From the NCBI GenBank assembly GCA_040954595.2, contig CM082580.2:5694783-5758782 (forward strand): a stretch of DNA of 64,000 bases. The letters are read 5' to 3'. This DNA is from Balanoglossus misakiensis. Its lineage: Eukaryota > Animalia > Hemichordata. A program made the translations under genes and the position numbers. Shown in pieces: positions 23,601 to 36,800 of this stretch. The first letter of the stretch is position 1. Every line of letters begins with the position of its first letter. The notes beneath the pieces were generated by a model that worked only from the letters and a program-made list of their open reading frames with translations, did not search any database and was not told the origin of the DNA.

Positions 23601-26402
23601 ACAAGGTAACGCTACAACGCAGAAACAGCAACTGGGAGAATTTTTGCCCCATTGAACTGCCATCCACATACAATGTATTAAAGGACACCCCAATGTCAAA
23701 CCATGTGGGGTATCACCCTTCATCTGATCGAGAACTGATTGTTTCCATCAGTCAGAATGAGGCCGTGGTAATGCTGGTTGACCGCTTCGATAAAACATGT
23801 CCACGAAACTTAAACCATCTGACAGCACCATCTGAGTGTGTCCCAGAAATTTATTTCAACAATCTTTCTATAACGAGGTTTTATATCAGCTACTGCGGAT
23901 ATTCTAGATCATATTTCTCCTTACATCAGACACTAAGCCATGATGTATCCTCCATGCACGTAGCTCATGACAGAATGACAAGAGAAATTAATAACACAGA
24001 TGCTTTGAATTGCGACTCGCCTATCTCATTCTCACATCAATTCATGAAGACAAATAAGGATGAAATATTCTTACATATTTGTGATGTACATAGTTTACAT
24101 TATTCCGACGTGAGAAAAGAAGGCAAGTGTCAGGGCAGTACGAGTGTCAAAAGTCTCAGTGAACAAGCCCCTGTTGACAGATATTAAAAGTTGGAAAATG
24201 CCTGTCATTGGATGATGGTACATGTTGTTTTCTGGTATTGTTCATTATCTGTCGTGTCACTGAGGTTCTGAAATCATTTTGATCTAAACTTTCTTGCAAA
24301 TGATCCATTAATAACTGTACGCTGTGCCGTTTTATCTAAATAATTTGGCTTATCTGCTCAAATTCAGCAATGTGTAAGGAATGGATGACTCATTCTTTTC
24401 TTGATGAATGCAATAAATAACACCATATAGTAGTGAGCCTAGAACTAATTGGATTGCAAATAACAAGTTTACACTGGGTAATATGTACAACGTCAGTTAT
24501 GTCAACTGATATTTTTATCAAGTTGACATGAGCAACATTGCATAAACGTCACTGACTAGCACAACACAACACAGCAATGCTACCACTCTAAGTCACTTTT
24601 GACTTAATATCTACAAAGTTTGGAAAATAAGCATAAATGCATGAAAGCAATGTCAGTTGTGATGATTTTATTATGTGCCCATTGTGCACTGTAATATCGC
24701 TGACCATCCATACTGTCAATAACATTTTCCAAAGTAGTGTGACAGTGACTTGAGATCACAGAGCTGACTAGCACTATACTGCAACAGGACAGAGAGTGCA
24801 TCTATTTCACTTTCAAACACGGCAAGTGTAATATCTCTCCAAACTTGGCACAGAACAAGCACAACAGATGGTGGACAATTCATTAGAATTTTGATTTACA
24901 ATATACAGGTAGATGGAACTCAGTCAATTAAGACCATTGCCTGCAGCTTAACTACATGTACCATCACAATGCAATGCACTGTATATACATGATCTTGTAA
25001 GGAATGAACAGCCCTTAGACTATTACAGAAATTGCTTTAGGAACAAGTCACTGTTATAATTTGTCTGAATATTGGATACTTATATGTATGATTTACTACT
25101 AAAAATGCTATCTTACTCACTTTTTTATACATTTCTCACTATCACAGCCTGACGGAACTAGGCGATAAAATGTTATTTTGAGATAATGATTTTACAATAC
25201 ATCTGACTGTGTAATGTATAGGGATGATTACAATGTACATACATTGTACATTGTACTATTGTATTTTTCTTATCCTGAAATGACAGAAGAGCTAATTTTA
25301 CAATACGTGTAACACTAACAGTCAGGAGTCTAGAATCATTTCAATCAATTCCTTCTGCGTCTCATGTCTTTCATTCATAACAACACAATCATCACTACAT
25401 CTCATATCAACTGTAGGTTGAGTTCATAAAAATCTAAATGATGCATAGATATCTCAATTTAATCAACAGGCATTATCTTCATTCAAAAGCAGTTACCGGT
25501 ATGTCATTTAAAAGTTAAACCATGCTTCAATTGGTATCTGAATCTGATAACCAATAGTGTTGGTTAGTATTTAGCAAAACTCAACACAACCCTCCTCTGG
25601 GCCAGAATAGTAAGTCTCACTGGGAAATATATATGATCTGTGGTACTGCTATCACAACCAATGTGCTAATATTAATTTTGCCACCTTATTTTCTAACAGA
25701 ACATTGACTTTAATATTCCTGTTGACCCCAGCGTACAAATTACATGTGGTCAAAAGATCTGCATGTCGATTCACTACTTAGAAAAAATAACAACTGGTAT
25801 ACTGGAAATGCTATACAGTCCAGTCACATATTTCAAGCGACCTACACCTATGACCTAATTCACTTGTTACAATGCACATGTTGTAATTTATCAGACAGAA
25901 ATGTCATGCTTGCCATATTTTAAATCTTTCAATATAAAGGGGGCTCTGAAAGTGGCCTTGAACCAATTATCTGTAAGGCTAAGCAGAATAAAAACACTCA
26001 TCTATGGAATCATAGGTTTGAAAACTCCAGCGCTTGCTGGTGTTCCATCTGCCCAAAATGGACGCTACTGGTGCTTGTTCGCATTCTGGCACCATAGCTT
26101 TGATTTCTTCAAACTTCAGCCAGTTAATGATCCCATCACTGGTTGATGATGGACTGTTCTCACAACACCTTTTACAGACACACCTGGTTCATGTATATTC
26201 ACTTGCCCTGTCCTTAATTACTTAACTTTGTGATGGCACTGTGCAAAGTTCAAAGTAGCAGAGTTTGAAACAAAGCAAAACAATCCATTCTATTTTTTCT
26301 ATGGACCTGAGGTCTTCGAAATGAAAAGCAGTTGTGAAAGTGTTTACAGTCGCCTTTACCAAAGAAATAACCATAAAGTGACAAGAAGGTTTCACAAAGG
26401 AA

Positions 26403-26790
26403 GACATGGTTTTCGGAATGAAATATGAAAGTGGGTGGAGTGGAACGGTTGAGTGTATTGGAATGCAACCGCAATTGTGGAGAAATGTCCTATATGCTTG
26501 TTCGGCAAGCCTTATTGTGAAAAGAAATTCATAAACAAGACACCACCGTTTTCACCATAGAGAATGTAACACATGTATGAGTAATGCTGTGGAAGGGAAA
26601 ACAAAAGTGTAATGTGATCATAACAAACCGGGTGCTCTTTTGAAAGAAACAAAAGTCACTAAAATGTTGTTTGGTTATTTTCTTTCTTTTGGTGGGCTTT
26701 TTAATATTCTGCTCACTAAAATGACACATGACAACATTTTTCAGTGAGAAAATCAACAAAACCCCCCTCAGAAAAAAATAAAATAACCAA
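26403..26790 (-). repeat. Dispersed ~400-bp repeat, copy 2
   Basis: Reverse-complement match to 10713-11115. Confidence 0.85.
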
Positions 26791-29027
26791 GTCCTTCCGA
26801 CAAGTCAACATTGTCCGTCCTTGACAAATCTAGCAGTCAGTAGAAATCACTGCTTGCACTGCAAAAAGCTGTTGAGGTTTCCCATATCCATCTAACTGCA
26901 AATAACTTTTAGCATCAAATGTCAATTGCTCTACCAGACAGACATAAAGTAATGACACTCTTGACCTCTCTATTTGTGTGCAAATTATTATTGAGTACCC
27001 AATACAGCATGTTTCTGTAGATAAAATTCTCAGTGTAAACAAAACAAGTTTCATGTATCTCCTCTGTTGACTCTTTTGAAATATCAAATACATGTTCTTA
27101 TTTGCCTTTTGAATAAAAAAAATGTGGCTGTTACTTCTGATCTTTTGTTATTGATCATTGGAGTGCACTCTTCTCTCACAATCTCAGCATAAATCATATG
27201 GACTGTGATGGTCTATGAAAAAGGGAACTGAGAGAAGATTTCTTAAAGGGTAGAAACAAATCTCCTATTAACGGACATCAAATCAAATATCAAATCACAG
27301 TCTGACCAGCTAAAATTTAGCTTCGGTCCAGGTCTGGGGTTCATAGTGTTCACAGCGTCACAATGTAATGAAAACTGAGAGGTTTGTAATAAACTGGGGA
27401 AAATTAAATTGGTTTACATGTATTTAATGTAAATTGTTTACTGTCTTATTAGTAAGAAAAATTGGTTCACTTTATTTTGCATGGCAAACAAGTATGTACA
27501 ATAATGAAAATAGCCTATCTGCAAAGTTCAACACACTCTAACAAGGGGTGGATGCATACAGACAAATATTGGAAGTCACACCTGCTTATGATGTCCTAAA
27601 TCCTAAGGACAGCACATGTAGACATTATTTACCCCATAAAATTGATTTACGTTTTACACAAACACATATGAGTGGTCATCGCCATGTGCAGCAGGTATGG
27701 AATAAACAAACCAATGGCATTTTCAAAATTTCTCTATCTTAGGAATGGGAGACGGGAAAACTTATTCCAAAAAAAGTTTATCGGTATCTTCCCACAGGAG
27801 TCCCAAATATCTAACAGAAATTAGATAACTACAATATATGAACCTTGAAATGCTCACAATTGTAAACAAAACTCGCACTTGTATATATTCTGAGTGAAGA
27901 TTAAAGACTTTCTCAATACATTGTATATGTATATATAAGTCAACATAATCTGACCTTCCAAGATTTGATGACCAGTCTCAAATTTTCTACTATACAAATA
28001 CCAGTTCACATCAGTAACTACAAGGTCTACTCAGACATATCATTTTCCCTTATACATGTACGGTTAACTATGGGAACCTGGCCTTGAATTCTTTCAACAG
28101 TTCTTTCATTACATTCAATGTGAATGAAAATTCTGACACTTTCAGACAAACCTTACACACAAGGGAGAGAGTCAAGAATTTTCTGCCTCCATTCATTCAA
28201 ATCAGTAACTTCTAATAACAGCACCGACTTTATTGTAACTACTGGGGCTGCACCATTCACCACTAACACAGGTCAGACATCAATCAAACAACCTTCTTGA
28301 CACCTTTGAGAATCACCCATCAAACAGAGAGCCTCAGATTTATGGTTCAGCATGTGGGAACAGAATGTATCTTCGATGCACAATAAAGCAGCATTTAGGT
28401 TAATGCAGTATTTTTGTTTGTCAATGAGGTGATTGTCTACTTGCCTGCATAATCCCCAATTTCATTCAGCGTTCCAAACATGGCTAGACAAGAACATGCA
28501 GGAAAGGTGCCTTTATTCGTAAATAATAGGAAATCCGTAAATTAACCATGATGAAAACTTGTTTGTCTACTTTTTTAAAAGAAAGACTAGACTTTTAAGA
28601 AAATATTTCCCAAATTTTACTACATAGGAGTAACTGGAGAATGCTTGTGAATATATTCAACATACTTATCAGAGATGAGCTTACACTTTATATTCATCAA
28701 ATCTGTAGATGTTTGCTATTCACATAAACTTATACCCTGACTTAAATTAACAATCAAGCTACAGTCAATAACCATACAGGTAAGTCTATGTTTCTCTATT
28801 CAATAGCACGATCTACAGCAAATGCCTGGTTGTCAAAAATCTTGTTTAGCAGAACAGTGACAAGTCAGTTCTCTTTATGAATCATGCTGTTCACGCTACA
28901 AAGAACAATACATTGACAGACCAGACTCTGACTATTAATAATAATAACCATGTGATATTGATTTTCTGAATGGATGTGACTGCAGGGCAACAGGTGCAGT
29001 ACAGCCTACAGGTATACCAACATATTC

Positions 29028-29127
29028 ATGTAGGGTACGGCGATGGCTTTTACTTCACGGTACACTGGTGTGAGGCGACAGCATAAGAATACCGTACCGC
29101 GAAGTAAATACGTCCCGTACCCTACAT
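29028..29127. mobile_element. 100-bp foldback or MITE-like element
   Basis: Outer 13-bp perfect inverted repeat (atgtagggtacgg / ccgtaccctacat) and inner 15-bp inverted repeat with one mismatch (tttacttcacggtac / gtaccgcgaagtaaa). No clear TSD. Confidence 0.6.
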
Positions 29128-29810
29128 CTGACTTTAATCAGATTGTTTCTGTACAAAACCCATCATCTGCAATTCACAATATTCCACATCTACCGTAATT
29201 CTAACTCATGATTACTGTACATCAATAAACTTGGGGTTCTGTTCATTGCGAACATGTTCAGACCAACACTAAACTACTTCCAGTGAAAGTGCTGAAGCAA
29301 TTTTTGTTTTCAACAAAAGAAACAACTCCATTGCATTTTTATATGTCCATACCGATCATGGGTGATTCCCACAGAAGCTGCTCATTAGAGCAACTCAGCT
29401 AAAACTTACATTTCCATTTGAAGAGTATGTACATGTGATATATACAACCAATGCTTACATGCATAGCCTGTTGAGAATGGTAACAAGGTCACTTGTACAA
29501 TATACAAGAACCAAACAAATAGCTTCACACTAATACCACATTCATCAATATTTGCGCCCATTTTGACATCAGATTTCGAATCAAAAGCAAGCTCTGTGCA
29601 ATAATGGGTAGCTAAAAACAGCAGTGTCCTTCCTGCCAATAAAGGGACAGTGATTTGCCCAAAATACAAAATTCCAGAAAGGCTACTGCCCCATCCCAGA
29701 GGCCACATTAGGGGAATCTGTGTGGGCTGGCAAGTCAAAAATGAACTGTTTTGACCTTAAATGGTTAGTTAAGTAAGTGCAGTTTTCTAGGTTCAGCCAA
29801 CCCAACTTAC

Positions 29811-29849
29811 CTTTCTCGCACGGTCCGTGTCTTCAATTTTACTCGCCAT
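29811..29849 (-). CDS. Probable first coding exon of an unidentified minus-strand gene (MASKIEDTDRARK)
   Basis: Kozak-like gccATGG, 13 codons, then a consensus donor AAG|GTAAGT. Lies just downstream of a CpG-rich promoter-like region at ~30.0-30.6 kb. No downstream exon was identified. Confidence 0.6.
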
Positions 29850-31400
29850 GGCTCTAAACTTAGTAACGAACGGTGTCAATGTAAGGAACTGGTCACACCT
29901 TTACGCTTAGGTGTCAATCCCATTGTGGGACGTTTTGGAGTTTGATAACTTCGTGCAACTATCACAACAACAACGCTGACATATCCAGATTTAACCAATG
30001 ACTCGACTTCTTCTGAGAATAAAACCCGGGCAACGATAAAAATCCAGCCGACGGCTAACTTTCTTCCTTCTTGCTGACGACCGACAACAAGTGAAATTCT
30101 TTCCGCGGAATGTTTATTTTGGCGGCTCTCTCAACCTTCACTTTTCAACTTCCGCACAGACAGACAGACCGAAATGAACGCTGAGATCCTGTGGCGAAAA
30201 CTACGACATATATGCGTATCCGTCTGTTTCCGGTGAAGTACACGAGCCGAGAAGAGCTATCGGGCCGAAAGTGTCAAGCGAGCGATTGTTTACAGTTTGC
30301 GTAGCAGCTCCATGCAGAAGACAACTTTACTACAGTGCAGAGGGACTCGCTGATAACGTGAATGGTATACACCCCACGATCCGACAATTCCCTCTGTTTC
30401 AAACGGCCTGGTCGAATCACACGACGTCTGACGGCACTCCTGGGTTATCAGACGAGTCCCTGCACTAGGAAACGTTGACTGCTGTTGACGAAATCAGGCA
30501 AAAATTCGCAGGATATCCGAGACATCTGTAAGTCAGTTCAAGCACAACAGACCAAAACCTGACCGAAGACATTAATATTCATGTCGACTGAAACGAGAGG
30601 TGTAAAACTTATTATGATTGGCTGAATTGGATTTCCCGATGTTCCATTTATGTCGCTAGAAATGTCTTCCGTTACAGCAACCTTGTGAAACTAGCATTCT
30701 TAATGTATATTTTTTATAAGCACAATAGTTCATTCCAAAATTAACTAATTAGTATGATGACAAAGACGAAGGCGAATGGGTTACTGAGAATATAGCCGAG
30801 CCAATCAGATAGTCTATTTCGTGGAGGGTGCGACAACTGACCTTTGATACCACGTGACCTATATTTTTCCTGGCCCATTTTATAACTTTTGTGGGTGGCG
30901 CGCGGCAAGGAGATGATACACGTGCCTGTGCTTTGATGTTTGTGCGTGCTGGGATATTGGCAGACATGTGAAATAACAACGTGCTGTTCTTTGTAAACTG
31001 AGCATACGCATAAATAACGTTCGAAGGAAGGGAGTGACATGATATTCACAGAGCTACACCACTGGGTGTGTACGTGTACGGTACACGTGCACGAAACTAC
31101 GAACAGAATGATGCAGCTACTCGTTGCACTCTCGACATTGTGCTTTACTTGGCAGAAATTCGCATTTTGAAAGATCGCATGAGCCGGTGTCTTTAAACGG
31201 TAGTTCTTTGCGGCTAATGGTATACATCCGACAAATATAATTCTATAATTTCTTGGTCACTCAGACTCAATCGGAATTCCTGAGATCTCACACTTTTGTG
31301 ACAAACAAACGAATCGATTGCTATACCTGTGGGTGGCGCACTAGGCCAGAAACGCTCCACACCATGCGCAAGAAAACACTCGTGGAAAAAAAATCTTAAT
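29850..31400. promoter_or_regulatory. CpG-rich promoter-like region
   Basis: CpG density is clearly higher than in the flanks. Contains an ETS-like TTCCGG (~30228), CCAAT boxes (~30617, ~30800), CACGTG (30851, ~30919, ~31084) and an E2F-like GGCGCGCG (~30897). Confidence 0.5.
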
Positions 31401-32960
31401 TTTTTGCCCATATGCATTTCCCCATAACATTCGGTAAATTCAGTTGAAAGTGCAGGGTAGTTCAATCCCTATTTGGTAACGTGAAAGTGGAGTTGTCCAT
31501 TTATATAACTATTAGACTCTCTCACAGCCCACGGCTCGCTACAAGGCTCTTCACTGATGCGCCCTCAACTGTTAAGCAAAGGAGAAGCCCCATATGGTGT
31601 TGTGTAGCGAACCTACCCTCTGCGGGCACACATGCAATCAGTCCATACGCCTGCATGGACGACGAGAGGGGCTGTGAGAGAGTCTATATAACTATCTAAT
31701 AAACATCGTTCAGAAACCATCTGTACAAGGGACTATTTTAATGCTTGAGATGTAAAAATGCACACACGAGCAATACCAGTCATACAGGTTGTGAGAGAAT
31801 TTTATTCACAAATAATTTGACAAAGAAAGAACACTGTTAAAGTGCACCCTATGTTAATGTTTCTAAAGTTGGTACAAAATCAGCATCAACCAAGTCTTTG
31901 ATTTCTTCTCTTTTGGGCATGTTTTGCCAGTCAAAAATCATGAATTCAGTATTAACATTTAAAAGCCTTGAAAACTCTCAATTGATACCGACCCCTTGAT
32001 GGCTGATAATGGTAATTGTGTATTTGACTACAGCATGATTTTTTTTACAAATAATTACAAACAGTATCTACATATCATTATCTAATAAACAGATAATGTA
32101 CTCACTCGGCTAATACAAGAAGCAAGGGTTTGTTCTTGACAAGAGAGAGTTAAAGAAAAGTCCAGCTACAAGAAAACTTACTACAAGTTTGTTATATTTT
32201 GACAAGGTATGCAGCATAAAAAAGCAAACTGCCCAAGAGGTTATTGAATTTCAGGTTTTTCTTGCCAAAAGGTCAAGCATTGATTGGCAACACAATAGGC
32301 CACATGCAATACAGATGCATCCACAAACTATGAGGGCGCTCTTTTGTTGAACGAAACCCCTTTGGTACAAGCAATTCAGTGCAATTCAATTTTTTCATTA
32401 GTTTTGAACTAAAGTATGATACAGCAAATAACTTTCTTCCCTGAACATCAATAGCTTTCCCACATTTGGGGAGATCACCATGAAAAGCCATAGTGACTTC
32501 TATGCAGAGTTATGGTGAATGTAAAGGAATTTATTGTGCCCATATAGAAACTTTATATTTTTCTAATCCAAAAGACAACTCCAATGCGCATTTAAAACTA
32601 TCAAGATAAATACAAAAAGAAACACATGCTGTGACTTACCCAAACTTTTTTTAAAATGTGACCTTGACATAAAGTCTTTCACCACTGAACCATATTTTTT
32701 TTTTCACAAAATAAAACTACCACCACGCTTATCCCTGAGTCACTCGGCAGGCAAGTTGTTTTTCCTGACCTGTACCTTCAGAGTATGCCAAAATCATTTC
32801 AGTGAATTAATTCCCAAGATGGCACCATGGATATTCGTGACCCATTTATTATAACTCTGTAATACCACAGAATACTATCTATACCCATGGATAAAAAATG
32901 CTGGTGTTTGACAATTGCGATCCAAACATTTGAGAATCTCCATTCAACATGTACTTCACA

Positions 32961-33204
32961 TTAAAGGGAAGGGGTCGTCGCGCAGCGTGGGTGTCCCCCT
33001 TGACGAGAATATGTCCTCTTATACCAGCGCAAACCTCACTGCAGTCGCCACTACCTACTAGGACCTTCAGTTGCTGTCATGCCCAGTCTACACTACGGTT
33101 GACTGCTTCGTTCATTCTAAGAATTATCTTATTTGAGGAATTTGTGGATGAATTGTAATGTTTATAAACAAACAAACGTGGCGCGACGACCCCTTCACTT
33201 TTAG
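32961..33204. mobile_element. ~240-bp MITE with ~21-bp TIRs and TTAA-like flank (Kolobok- or piggyBac-like), in the predicted HPRT 3' UTR
   Basis: Left end ttaaagggaaggggtcgtcgcgc, right end gcgcgacgaccccttcacttttag. The TIRs differ at one position. Confidence 0.7.
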
Positions 33205-33821
33205 CATCCTGTTTTTCCCATAATGCCCAAGAATGAAAAGCTGTCATTGGTCTACCAGTTAATATGACTCATGTATAGATTTGAGGTAGATAAAAGATGA
33301 AAATAATATACATCACTGCAATCTCAATATGACACTGACATGACCTGTTTCTGACCTCAACTAGAACAACATCAAATCAATAGATTCTTTGTTGACATGC
33401 TTGGAAACAGATAGCAAGTCACCCCCCCCCCCCCACCTTCCGTGAAAAAACAAAGCATCTGATAAGTGAATAAAACAGTTACAAAATTATGCAAATGAAT
33501 TGGTGTCCAACCAATAGCAGGACACTTCAGTCGTTCTGTACGGATAAGCACACCCATATGAACGCATCGTATCCCCACTGTATTGGACTCCGTGTACAGA
33601 CTTGATACACAAACCCGATATACTGTACAATAGAAGGCCATATTGAATTATGGCATTAGGTGTGTAATAATAATAATATGGTGTGCGCTATGTAGCTGGC
33701 CAGACAGTGTAACTTATACCACAACATCAGAATATGTTTCTTCAAACACCCAGATATAGGATTCAAACGGATAAATTAGACGACTGGATATTTGTTGACA
33801 GCGCCAATCCCGTCATCTCTT

Positions 33822-36800
33822 CTACACAGCGTACTTCTTCTTGCCTTGTTCGTTGATGATGCATATATGCTAATAGAGAGAGAAACAAAAAAACCAGTTA
33901 TATTTATTACACAGTACTTTTGCAATCAAAGTGAAACTGCATGCAACGCCCTGGCAAGGTATAATTTACAACCGATGGCATCACACAGCGATCTGAAGAA
34001 AATTATCTGTTTGGGGTTATTATTTAAACCACGAGATAAACCCATAGAATCGTGAAGAGGGAAATGGCATTTTTTGTCAGAGTTACACACTCTTTATTCA
34101 TAAAGAGTGTGTAGAAAGTACGCCCACTTACGCTAAGATCTCTGAAGTACTCATTGTAGTCCAATGCATATCCCACGACAAACTTGTCCGGAACTTCAAA
34201 ACCAATATCTGAGAAAAAACATGAGAAGAAACTTTTTAATTGCTTCAAAAAAGTGGATTGACTTTTTTGATTAGGCAGTATAAAGATTGTGTTCCAAATA
34301 TCACTTCATGCTGCATAGTCACACACACAAGTACTTACAGTCGGGTCTGTATCCAACACTTCTCTCAGTGCGTTTCACCAGCAAACTTGCCACTTTCACA
34401 CTCTGTGGGTTGTACTTGGCGACGATATTCAACAGTTTCTGCATGGTGTTACCAGTATCAATGATATCCTGAAAAATCAAAACAGACACATGATTTGTAA
34501 ACTCGTTTTTGAGACGGGGAGTACCTAACGCACACCACTTTTTCAAAACTCTAAAACTCATATGGTGACCAGAACTCGCTTCCCAGACTCAGTTGGCATC
34601 AGCGAAAAAAAGAGCGCCACTATATGTTCTTAAGAACACTCAGATACACATTTCAGCGATATATGGGCATATATGTAAATTGGAGGTGACCGTTCCTTAC
34701 CTCCACTATGAGGACGTTTTTCCCGGTGAGATTTGAAAGGTTGTCACCACCAATTACCCGGATGTCGCCCGATGACCTGTCATTCTGGAAAAAAAGGAAG
34801 AAATACAGTGGGATTTAGTCATGCTGATCAATGGCAATACCCACGATTAAGGTTACTTGTCATCTTGCAGTATTGGACTGATTGAGAGGGGAAAGAGAGG
34901 GTGGGAGGGAGGGGGAGGGGGAACGGAGAGAGACCCACAGAGGGTGGGAAGGAGAGAGACATTTGAAGTCAGCAGAGATGAGATACAGCCACAATTCAGC
35001 ATGATTGATACTCGCACATTCACGCACAAATTTACCAGGAAAAGGCAGAGAATTTGTAGCACCCACAAATAGTGACTTTTCATGCAACAGTATACCAGGT
35101 TGACTGTGTTGCTTTTAAAATTTTGAATATATCTGTATTTGATATTTGCAAAATGAGAGTGTCATACCTTAAAGTCAAAGAAATACTCTGAACAGGAGAA
35201 GTCTTTGCATGTGATATCAGATGTTCATGTGTGCAAATCAGAGGTAACTGATTTCACAAGGGAGCGGGGGAGAAGATAAGTTGAGAAAGGAGATGAGAGG
35301 AAAGGGGGGGGGGGCAAAAGAGACACACAGAGAGAATTCATAGTGTATCTACATGTAGTAAATAATGTCCAGTAGTACTGCCATTACTGTAACATTAACA
35401 TGCTATTGCATATTTCTCAATTATGGCCACTACATAACATTTACTATCACCACTTAAAACATGATACTTCTTGAAGTACCTGATTAATTGTGGTGATCAA
35501 CCATAAATAATTAACCTTACCACGGCTACCAACAAATAATTTCAAAACTGCTTCACAAATGCTATTCTCTCGAAAAAAGGGGGGTTCTTATATCCCAAAT
35601 CATTCAGTGTTTCCCCGAGAGATTTCAACTCTCACCACACCACTGATCACGTTAAGAAACTTCCACATATATTTTACAGTTTCCACTTCACTGCGCATAC
35701 CGGCACAGCTACAGAAAGGGCCCTTTTTGACCCAGTTTAATGGCATGCAAAGACAGGTCTACTGACCACCAATCTGCCTGTGCAATTTGCATTCAACTTG
35801 AATCAGTCAAAATAAACCAAAAAACCAGGCAATGCTGAATAATCAGCCATCGTCATGTGATCATTTATAAGACCAGAAAAAAACACTCAATTTGTCATTA
35901 TTATTGAGTGTACATGTACAGCATGTGTGAACATTTTTTCTAGCAAGACAGCCTAGACTGCCCTACAGAAAGGATGATCTATTCTGAAGGGCAGGCGATA
36001 TGCCATGTTTAGCTGAGCCTTTGTTTCATATAATAAACAGACAAAAGTCTATCTATTCCTGTAGAAATACTCACAGGTGAGACATTCCATGATATGATTA
36101 TGAAATGCTTAGTTTGGTGTATTTGAGACATAATTTTAGTAAATGACATCATGATATTAAAATAAGAAAACAATTACATATTATTACATATTAAATATTG
36201 AAAACACAAGCACAAACAGGTTTAATGAACAGATGCACAAAGACTGCAGAGCAAGGGAGACATCTTATTTCTTCAGTAATTTTCTTTTTTATATAAAATG
36301 GGAGGATTTCGTGTTGACAGTGCTTGAGTGAGCATTGTTTGGTTTTAGCTGCTGTTTATATTCTACGCAGTGAAGTTGCCGTTGTGTGAATATTTCATGA
36401 AACAAAACGACAGAGGCAATGCATGCAGACTGGTGAAACGTACTTTACAAGGACGGAGAGGTTGCCGTGGCAACAGAGTGTACACTGCACACAGAGACAG
36501 TGCGAGAAATGTAAATGTTCTGTGCTTACATGTACATTGCCCGAGGTTGCTGTCCCACGCCCGCAATCAATGTGCTTCTGCAACAGATAACGCAGATATG
36601 ACAAAACACATGCAGGCACACACATGCTGGAATCTCACAAACAGTCTCCGATCCTTCGGTTCATTCGAAGACACAAATTTTGTCGTCAACAAATTTCATC
36701 CTCAAAATTCACTGAACTGGTGATGAAACTATGGTGTGTTCTCAGACATAACAGTTTTTTTGTAAAAGAACACAATTTGTCCATCGGAACTGGTTTTTAT

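Noticed and set aside
24499-24529. Small imperfect hairpin, with another at ~35958-35993
   Set aside because: Short, no TSD and no second copy. Not distinguishable from background.
25979-26186. Stop-free minus-strand stretch of ~68 codons (...DGIINWLKFEEIKAMVPEC...) as exon 2 of the orphan gene
   Set aside because: No good pyrimidine tract or acceptor, and no recognisable homology.
15343-29738. The many 60-160 aa ORFs in the region between TLR-D and the orphan exon
   Set aside because: Random-looking composition and no splice-consistent chain. Only the 18851-19041 candidate was kept.
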